Shown in pieces: positions 36,164 to 42,741 of a DNA stretch of 42,741 nucleotides. Under the pieces are notes generated by a model. That model was not told where the DNA came from and ran no database searches. It saw only the letters and a program-made list of their open reading frames with translations. Every line of letters starts with the position of its first letter. The first letter of the stretch is position 1. Where the stretch lies: the NCBI GenBank assembly GCA_050951545.1, contig JBMNJG010000015.1, positions 1 through 42,741 on the forward strand. The letters run 5' to 3'. The translations under genes were made by a program, and so were the position numbers. The stretch comes from Limnochordia bacterium. GTDB lineage: Bacteria > Bacillota > Limnochordia > DTU080.

Positions 36164-36923
36164 AAGGGCCGACAGAACCAGAGGGCTGGCGCCGTTTTCC
36201 AAGGGGGGCTACATAGGTGACAAAGGCGTTCTCGCCGTCTACGCCTAGCGCTTGGTTCAGCATGTCGTCATGGAAAGCGGCTAGGGCACAACAGCCACAG
36301 TCGATGGCCTGAGCGGCTAAGTAGAGATTCTGGCAGATGTGACCCGCATCCAGGTGGATATAACGGAAACCGCGGTTCCCATACCGCCAGGTGGTGCGAG
36401 CAGGTACGGCGACCCAGAAGAATGTGACGGCGCTCTTGCTGACAAACCGCTGTTCTGCGCAAGCTGTCACCAGGTTCTCCGTGAGGCGTGCGTCGAGGTT
36501 GAGTTCCACCAACTCATGTGACAGGGCCAGGTAGCGGTACAAGCCTGGTTGGAGTCCGCTTACCCGGTTGATCAGCAAGAAGGTCTCAAATGGATGGCGT
36601 GCCCCAGCAGAGGGCACCGAGCGCAGTGTGGCAGCCCGCATGGTATGGTGCAGGCCTTGGGTACACCACAGCAGATAGGTGAGTTCCTCGATGCTGAGTG
36701 GCGTCTCGGCGTATTCTCGGACGCTACGGCGGCTGCTGATGGCGGCAGTGAGGTCGCAGGGGTAGGCAGGCAGACTCGCTGCGGCCGGAAGTGTAATCCG
36801 TTTGGCACTCTCGGGTACGGTCATCTCCAAAGGTGGTTGGGGGAGGCCACGGCGCTGGTCGGTGACCTCTTGCCTATCTAAACGCGTGTGCAACATGAAA
36901 GTCATGCCATGCTCGTTGGACAT
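36135..36923 (-). CDS. SagB/ThcOx-family nitroreductase-fold dehydrogenase
   Basis: RRSVREY, RSVPSAGARHPFE, LDAGHICQNLYL; AGGAGG RBS before ATG 36923. Confidence 0.9.
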   Translation of the reverse strand: MSNEHGMTFMLHTRLDRQEVTDQRRGLPQPPLEMTVPESAKRITLPAAASLPAYPCDLTAAISSRRSVREYAETPLSIEELTYLLWCTQGLHHTMRAATLRSVPSAGARHPFETFLLINRVSGLQPGLYRYLALSHELVELNLDARLTENLVTACAEQRFVSKSAVTFFWVAVPARTTWRYGNRGFRYIHLDAGHICQNLYLAAQAIDCGCCALAAFHDDMLNQALGVDGENAFVTYVAPLGKRRQPSGSVGPSTAPPLPRS

Positions 36924-36947
36924 AAGCGCACCTCCTATGCAGGGAAG

Positions 36948-36983
36948 CCAAAGGGGCTGGCCCATCACGCCTAGCCCCTTTGG
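36948..36983 (-). terminator. Intergenic hairpin between SBP and nitroreductase genes
   Basis: CCAAAGGGGCTGG / CTAGCCCCTTTGG (12/13 paired). Confidence 0.5.
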
Positions 36984-37006
36984 GGCAACTTCTCTAGCGG
37001 ATCGGT

Positions 37007-38278
37007 CTATCTCGCCCAGTAATCATCGAGCGCGTTCTGGAGCAGTCTCTCGGCGTCAGCAGTGCCTTGCTGCATGTGCGCATGGCCTGTGAGGATCTGA
37101 GCGAGGGGCCCGTTCATGACCTCGACCGAAACAGGTGGGGTGACGGCTACGTGCTCGGTTGACCGTATGACCACATCCCAGTAGGGGTTGGTGCGCCGGT
37201 ACTCTGGATGCTGGTTATAGCGGATCACTGCGCTGGGACGGCCCTGCACCCGGGCGAACCAGCCAGCGCCTTGCTCGTTAATAGCCAACCACTTCAGGAG
37301 TTTCCACGCCGCCTCGAGTTTCTGCCCGGCAACAGTGTTGGGAATACCATAGCCCCACGTAGAGAGCACGAGGCCGGTGGGCTCGGTATCCGCATGTGCT
37401 TCGTTCTTGGGAGCCAGCGCGACACCCCAGTCCACGGGGGTATTGGGCATGTGTGCGAAGCTGGAGCTGTTACGCACGGAGAAGCCCTGCCTGTCAGTCA
37501 TGAAGGCACTGGCAAATCCGGTACCGTTGAACGCAGTGTACTCCCCGTAGCTGCCGTATTGGGCCTCAAGTAGCCCCTTAAGAAAGGTCATGGTCTCAAT
37601 CATGCGCTCGTTGTTCGCCGTGGCTTTCTTCCAGTCTGCCGTCCACATAGGCGTGTTATTCCAGGGGGCCACCCAGACGGAGGGAGGCATGTCTGATCCG
37701 CCAGAGACGATGCGGCTGGAGCTGTCGCGCCGCATCATGCGCAGGGACATCTGCCGCCACTCGGTCCATGTGGTTGGGGCCTCCCCGGGGAGGCCAGCTT
37801 CGGCCATGAGTCGCTTGTTGTAAAACATCAGGTTTGTCCAGGCCACGCCGCTCATCACCGGAAGGGCATAAAGACGGCCATCCTCCTGGAAAGTATGCAC
37901 ATCAGCCGGGAAGAACATCGCTGTGTTGATTTTGTCCTGGCGTATCAATGGGTCCAGGGGGGTCAGCCCGCCCAGGCGGATGATCCTGTTGGCATACGTG
38001 CTACGTACCATGACCACCTCAGGTGCTGCTCCGGCGGCCAGCATGGTACCGAGCTTATCTACGGCGCCGCCAGTCGAAGTGAACATTTGCTCAGCCTGTA
38101 CATCGGGGTTTGCGGCCATGAACTCGTCCAGGATATGCTGGACATACTTGGCCCGATCGCCATCCCAGTGGTGCCAGAGTGTGACAGTGGTCTTTGGTGG
38201 GGCGGCAAAGAGGGCACAGGTGCCTGTGAGGACAAGAAGCAGCAGTGCGAGAGGTGTGCGCAGACGCAAACGGGTCAC
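37007..38278 (-). CDS. Sugar ABC transporter solute-binding protein (family 1)
   Basis: GTG start after AAGGA; signal peptide; TLWHHW, FMAANPDV, DGRLYALP, FYNKRL, PTTWTE, EAAWKLLKWL. Confidence 0.9.
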   Translation of the reverse strand: MTRLRLRTPLALLLLVLTGTCALFAAPPKTTVTLWHHWDGDRAKYVQHILDEFMAANPDVQAEQMFTSTGGAVDKLGTMLAAGAAPEVVMVRSTYANRIIRLGGLTPLDPLIRQDKINTAMFFPADVHTFQEDGRLYALPVMSGVAWTNLMFYNKRLMAEAGLPGEAPTTWTEWRQMSLRMMRRDSSSRIVSGGSDMPPSVWVAPWNNTPMWTADWKKATANNERMIETMTFLKGLLEAQYGSYGEYTAFNGTGFASAFMTDRQGFSVRNSSSFAHMPNTPVDWGVALAPKNEAHADTEPTGLVLSTWGYGIPNTVAGQKLEAAWKLLKWLAINEQGAGWFARVQGRPSAVIRYNQHPEYRRTNPYWDVVIRSTEHVAVTPPVSVEVMNGPLAQILTGHAHMQQGTADAERLLQNALDDYWAR

Positions 38279-38470
38279 ATGATCAAGTCCTTTCGTAGAA
38301 TGGAATGGACTACACATCAACCATGGTGCTCCGATCCTGCTTTTCGCAATTCTAGAAGCAGGGGCCAAAACCTTCCTGATGGGAGGCTGGTCAAGGTCTA
38401 GTTCCTCTTCTGAAGCTACGCGATAGAGAGTAGGCAAGTAGACGACTGATGATCACAAAGGAAAGCGGGT

Positions 38471-38831
38471 CATGCAACAGGAACTATGATGGCATCGGCT
38501 GGAACGCGCCCGTCGTGAGGCGTTGGGGCAGAACCGACGAGTCACCAGCCCGACTATCGTCAGCTCCACTTCCGCCCGCGATGTGTTCAGTGCAGCTCTT
38601 CACGAACCGGCCATGCAAGAGATCGTCGACGATATAGCCCGTTATCTGGGCGCATCCATAGGCGGGCTTCATAACATCCTCGACCGCGTGGTGATAGGCG
38701 GCGGGGTCTCGCGAGCTGGAGCGTCATTCATTAGCCCTCAGGTCGTAGCCAGTGCCCTTGGTGATGACTCGGTTCTATGGGGCGCAGCACAGCTGGCAAA
38801 GGGCATAGCGGGGAGGGTAACCAACCGATGA
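38471..38831 (+). pseudogene. ROK-family sugar kinase/regulator remnant
   Basis: ARYLGASIGGLHNILDRVVIGGGVS...SALGDDSVLWGAA; only ~100 aa with evident deletions. Confidence 0.7.
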
Positions 38832-38915
38832 ATGCGCATGAGCACGTTTCGCCGAATCGTATCTGGCGCAACTCGGGGATGCCATCCGAGCCTTACCACA
38901 AAAGGCGGGGGTACC

Positions 38916-39395
38916 ATGACTAAGCGGTCAGCAAAGAATCCCACTTCCGACAGAGGCCTGAGACTGATGCGCCTCGTGAATCGAGCCTTCATGGCAGCCA
39001 CCTTGCTTTACGCGGTGGTGGCTGGCGTCATCCTCCACATGGTTAGCGACCTTGAGCCGGGGACTTGGGGGGTGCCAGCCCCGACTGAAGGCCGGGTGCT
39101 GGTGGTGCTGGCGATCCTGAGCAGCCTGTCCGCCTTCATGGGGTTGGCCGTGCTGCCGAAACGGCAGACGGTTGAGTGCCTGGAGGAAAGGCACCCAGGG
39201 CTATCGCCAGCCGAGTTGGTGCAGGAGATGATCAGGGCCTATGCCTTCCGCTTGGCCTCCATAGAGGTGATAGCCCTCTGTGGATTTGTGCTCACTGTAC
39301 TGACCGGGAAAGCACGATACCTGACAGTCGGTGGGGGTATCACGGTACTGCTGTTGCTGCGTCTGTACCCAAGGCGGGCGACGCCTTTCCAATAG
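38916..39395 (+). CDS. Hypothetical 4-TM membrane protein
   Basis: Four hydrophobic helices; G-rich RBS before ATG 38916. Confidence 0.65.
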   Translation: MTKRSAKNPTSDRGLRLMRLVNRAFMAATLLYAVVAGVILHMVSDLEPGTWGVPAPTEGRVLVVLAILSSLSAFMGLAVLPKRQTVECLEERHPGLSPAELVQEMIRAYAFRLASIEVIALCGFVLTVLTGKARYLTVGGGITVLLLLRLYPRRATPFQ

Positions 39396-39438
39396 TGAAG
39401 CTCTCTCAGTCACAACCCTGGGCAAAGGAGTGAATCCC

Positions 39439-42400
39439 GTGGTGACAAGATTCCCTTTCTTTCTTATGGTACTGCCTCTTCTTTGCTGTCTGCTGTGTGC
39501 AGTGCCGTTTTCCCCGGTCTATGGTATGGAGATCGTTCCGGACACGAGCAAGCACTCAGAGCAGGTGGTGGGAGGGAGTTTGAGCTCGGCTGGTGAGCTG
39601 CTTTTCGCTAGTCAGGCTATAGATGGGCCCGTGACAGTGATCTCCACGCTTGTCTTTGGTGCAGATTGGGATTTCGATACGGAGGCAGAGATGTGGCTGG
39701 TGGGTCTCTCTCGCGCAGCTGGCGAGGCTTCTTTGGGTCTTGGTGTAACGTGGTCTGAGGTAGACGCAGGTTGGTTTCCGTTTTGGAGGATCCAGGTGCA
39801 GAGCCAGCAAGGAGATCAAGTCGAATGTCTCGACTTGGCTATCGTGACCCCCGAGGCTGAGCACAGCTACGCATCGACCTTGAGTTACGATCCCACAACT
39901 GGTGGGGGTGCCCTACATATCATTGACGAGACCACTGGAAAGCTCGTCTACTCTGGGGGATTCGCAGTGAAGATGCAGGCTTCACTGCTCTTTCCCGTAG
40001 CGGGGGTGGCGCGTGCGCCAGCCGGGGTGGCCGTTGGAGTGGTGGGCTTGGATGTGTACTCTACGTACGTACCGGTGGGCGCCAAGCTGGAGTTGGCTCC
40101 AGAATCCAAACCTGCAGTATCGCTGATCGGGACCTTCGAGCGCACGGAGGCCTTGCTGATTCACCTCACGAGTCCGGGCGCTCTTCCTGATGGGGAGTAT
40201 CGTATACGGGCTGCCAATCACGACACAGGTATTTCGAGCGAACTGGGCCCCATCCGGGCCACCGCCCCCCAGATGAGCTTGCCTTATCCACTCTTGGAGC
40301 TGCCGGGCCAGGCAACACTCACTCTCGAGTATCTGAGCGATGGCCATCGATGGTTCTCCCACACCTCAGAACTCTCGGTGGGCTGGCTTCGGGCGGACTT
40401 CGCCAACGTCAGCGTGGATCGCCAGGAGCATGAGATTAGTATCGAGATGAAACTCCAAAGTGACGCGGTTCTCCAGAGCGTTCCGCTCAAGGTCACGGCT
40501 ACGTTGGCGCGCGCGGCCCGCGACCAACAGACCAAGAAGCTACAGACTACGAAGTATCCACCCGTCGTTCTGCTCGATGATCGTCTGGACGTCGGTTCCG
40601 AACCAAGTCGCCAGTTGCTGAGTGTAGCTCTTCCGGACGGTCCCTCTACTGGTGTGTGGCAGATGACTCTGCACGTCGAGTCCGAATCCTCCATTGATCT
40701 ACGTCGCTTTGGCATGGAGGCTCGTTTTGCAGTCTCACCGTCTACCGCAGATGTCTTCACAAATGTAGGGCGGGTCGTTGACGACCGTCCTCGCCAGATC
40801 AGCCTTGACGAGGAAGGGCGCTTGAGGGCCGAGGCTCGGGCGCGCTCGAGAAGGATCATCTTCAACAACGATGGCGATGATGCCCGTGCCCTTTCAGCGC
40901 CGCGTACGATGGAAACGTTTCTTAACACCCGTACGACGCCGCTGCTTGGCTCACAGGTCGATACCATCATCTACGATACGACAGCAGGGACCTTTGGTGG
41001 CTTCTCTCATGCCACGCAGATAGGCCAAGCTTTCATCAACCAAGAGGGGGTCTTTCGGAATAACCTTACAGCAGACCTGATCATGCGCGGGACCGATCCA
41101 TTGCAGATGACAGTGGACTTCGCTAGGGCCAATGGCATAGAGGTCTTCTGGGCCATGCGCATGAACGATACACATGACTCCTACACGGAACCGATGTTTT
41201 CGGATTTCAAGAGAGAGAACCCAGACCTGCTCTTCGGCTCTTCCACGCGACGCCCACTATATGGGGCGTGGTCGGGCGCAGATTATGGAGATCCCCGCGT
41301 GCGAGAGCTAGCCTTCCGTTACATTGAGGAAGTGGCCGAGAACTATGACGTCGATGGCGTTTTCCTTGACTTCTTCCGCCACTCTGTGTTCTTCAAGCGA
41401 GTTGCTTGGGGCGAAGCCATCAGCGAAACCGAACTCAATGCCATGACGGGCCTTCTGCGCCGCATCAGGGAGCGTCTACGGGAGCTAGGGGCCATCAGAG
41501 GGCGACCATTTCTGCTGGCCGCGCGCGTGCCTGATTCGCTGGAATACTGCACAGCCATAGGACTCGACCTGGAGCGTTGGTTGGCAGAAGGTCTCGTTGA
41601 TATGTTCATGCCTGGTGGGTACTTTCGGCTGGATCGTTGGGAAACGAGCGTCGAGCTGGGACGTCGCTATGGAGTGCCGGTATACCCCAGCTTGGATGAG
41701 TCACGTGTGGGCAGTCTAAGCAACCCGGGCGTCATGGACCCTGATCGGCGCACTTTGGAGGCCTATCGTGGCCGGGCGATGAACGTCTGGCAGGCAGGGG
41801 CGGCGGGCGTGCACTTGTTCAACATGTTCACCGCCAGTCACCCGATGCTGCAGGAGATCGGCAGCCCCGAAACCTTGGTCGGCAAGGAGAAGGTCTACTT
41901 CGTCAGCATCCGGGGTGACTCCGGTGCGGCCAATCCAAATAGCCAAGTGGGGGAGAAAAGGAACTTCTTCCGGGTTCCGGTAGTGACTCCCGATTCGCCG
42001 CGGGTTCTGTGGAGTGACGCGCCGACGGTGGTTGCTTTGGACGTAGGCGAAGACATCGAGGCGGCTCGCAAGCTCGGGCTGCACCCCGTGATCACGCTGC
42101 AGCTACATACTGCTGGCCTACCACAGGCGGAAGGGTTGGAGGTCCGGCTTAACGGTCATCTGCTGGACCAGCCGCAGGTGGGCAGCTCGTACCTCGAGTA
42201 CGCTATCGATCCGGCGTGGCTGTGCCAGGGCTCCAATCGGCTGGAACTCTGGGCACACCATGAGAGCCAGCAAGCGTCGCACTCAGTATGGGCAGGGCCG
42301 CTGGCCACCAGCAATGCGCTGGCGATCACTGGACTCGATGTAACGAGACCGGACCCACGCAGTCTGCGCTTGCGGATACGCGCAGAGGCAACGGGTGAAG

Positions 42401-42741
42401 CTGTTGTCGGAAGCGTACTCATTCGCCCGCCCAACAAGGGTGATGTAGACCCCATCCCGCCAGGCTTTGATGTCACATACGGTGGATACCGCTTACCCAA
42501 GGGTTGGTCAGCACCCGGCTTCCGGTTCAACGGTCCTTTCGATGAAGAGGCTGACGACGAAAACGTGTTCGCCATCACCTTACCGATGGCTGGAGCAAAA
42601 CCCGATGAGTACGCCCTTCGAATCTACGTCACCAACCGTCCCGCACTAGGGACCTACTATGATGATAGTCGGCTGGTGCTGTTTCGGATCGATGATCAAG
42701 GGACGGTTCAACTACCTGGGTGGCATCTGTATGATGTGCAG
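39439..42741 (+). CDS. Large secreted protein with GHL10/DUF187-like glycoside hydrolase domain, 3'-truncated (absent from ORF track)
   Basis: AAGGAG RBS, GTG start, signal peptide; no stop seen in frame 1. RRIIFNNDGDD, GSQVDTI, DPLQ..VDFARANGIEVFWAMRMNDTHD, DYGDPRVRE..NYDVDGVFLDFFRH. Confidence 0.85.
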   Translation, partial: MVTRFPFFLMVLPLLCCLLCAVPFSPVYGMEIVPDTSKHSEQVVGGSLSSAGELLFASQAIDGPVTVISTLVFGADWDFDTEAEMWLVGLSRAAGEASLGLGVTWSEVDAGWFPFWRIQVQSQQGDQVECLDLAIVTPEAEHSYASTLSYDPTTGGGALHIIDETTGKLVYSGGFAVKMQASLLFPVAGVARAPAGVAVGVVGLDVYSTYVPVGAKLELAPESKPAVSLIGTFERTEALLIHLTSPGALPDGEYRIRAANHDTGISSELGPIRATAPQMSLPYPLLELPGQATLTLEYLSDGHRWFSHTSELSVGWLRADFANVSVDRQEHEISIEMKLQSDAVLQSVPLKVTATLARAARDQQTKKLQTTKYPPVVLLDDRLDVGSEPSRQLLSVALPDGPSTGVWQMTLHVESESSIDLRRFGMEARFAVSPSTADVFTNVGRVVDDRPRQISLDEEGRLRAEARARSRRIIFNNDGDDARALSAPRTMETFLNTRTTPLLGSQVDTIIYDTTAGTFGGFSHATQIGQAFINQEGVFRNNLTADLIMRGTDPLQMTVDFARANGIEVFWAMRMNDTHDSYTEPMFSDFKRENPDLLFGSSTRRPLYGAWSGADYGDPRVRELAFRYIEEVAENYDVDGVFLDFFRHSVFFKRVAWGEAISETELNAMTGLLRRIRERLRELGAIRGRPFLLAARVPDSLEYCTAIGLDLERWLAEGLVDMFMPGGYFRLDRWETSVELGRRYGVPVYPSLDESRVGSLSNPGVMDPDRRTLEAYRGRAMNVWQAGAAGVHLFNMFTASHPMLQEIGSPETLVGKEKVYFVSIRGDSGAANPNSQVGEKRNFFRVPVVTPDSPRVLWSDAPTVVALDVGEDIEAARKLGLHPVITLQLHTAGLPQAEGLEVRLNGHLLDQPQVGSSYLEYAIDPAWLCQGSNRLELWAHHESQQASHSVWAGPLATSNALAITGLDVTRPDPRSLRLRIRAEATGEAVVGSVLIRPPNKGDVDPIPPGFDVTYGGYRLPKGWSAPGFRFNGPFDEEADDENVFAITLPMAGAKPDEYALRIYVTNRPALGTYYDDSRLVLFRIDDQGTVQLPGWHLYDVQ

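Noticed and set aside
36135-36923. SagB-like gene as a RiPP/TOMM cluster
   Set aside because: No YcaO, precursor peptide or transporter nearby; stand-alone SagB-like genes are common.
38336-38390. Two small hairpins upstream of the SBP gene as a riboswitch
   Set aside because: No recognisable aptamer consensus; an Rfam/Infernal scan would be needed.
39556-42649. ORF-track entries in the last 3 kb
   Set aside because: All overlap the unlisted plus-strand GH gene, antisense or out of frame.
1-42741. CRISPR array, tRNA/rRNA, IS or integrase
   Set aside because: No regularly spaced short repeats, cloverleaf-like sequence, or transposase/recombinase motifs found by eye.

Overview
Bacterial, GC-rich window with two parts. 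Left (1-19.6 kb) is an anti-phage defence island. It holds a 5'-truncated unknown gene plus a 1621-aa DEAH/Zn/DUF1998 helicase (Druantia type III DruH/DruE-like pair), an orphan 204-aa gene, and a four-gene 'restriction-like' operon: DUF499 ATPase, small accessory protein, DUF1156 Zn-ribbon N6-adenine MTase split by a frameshift, and PLD-SNF2 nuclease-helicase. That operon sits between two 262-bp direct repeats 14,330 bp apart (2 mismatches), and the repeat is itself a chimera of two unrelated genes. Right (19.7-42.7 kb) is a carbohydrate-foraging region: orphan sugar ABC solute-binding proteins (SBPs), a 1312-aa lyase-like protein, a LamG/propeller protein, glycoside hydrolases, GNAT, a SagB-like nitroreductase, and a >1100-aa GHL10-like ORF absent from the ORF track because it runs off the end. 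This region is littered with decayed paralogs and defence relics (vapBC, SNF2 and UvrD fragments), several showing microhomology-bounded deletions. No tRNA, rRNA, CRISPR array, integrase or transposase was seen. All family calls come from motif recognition by eye, not database searches.
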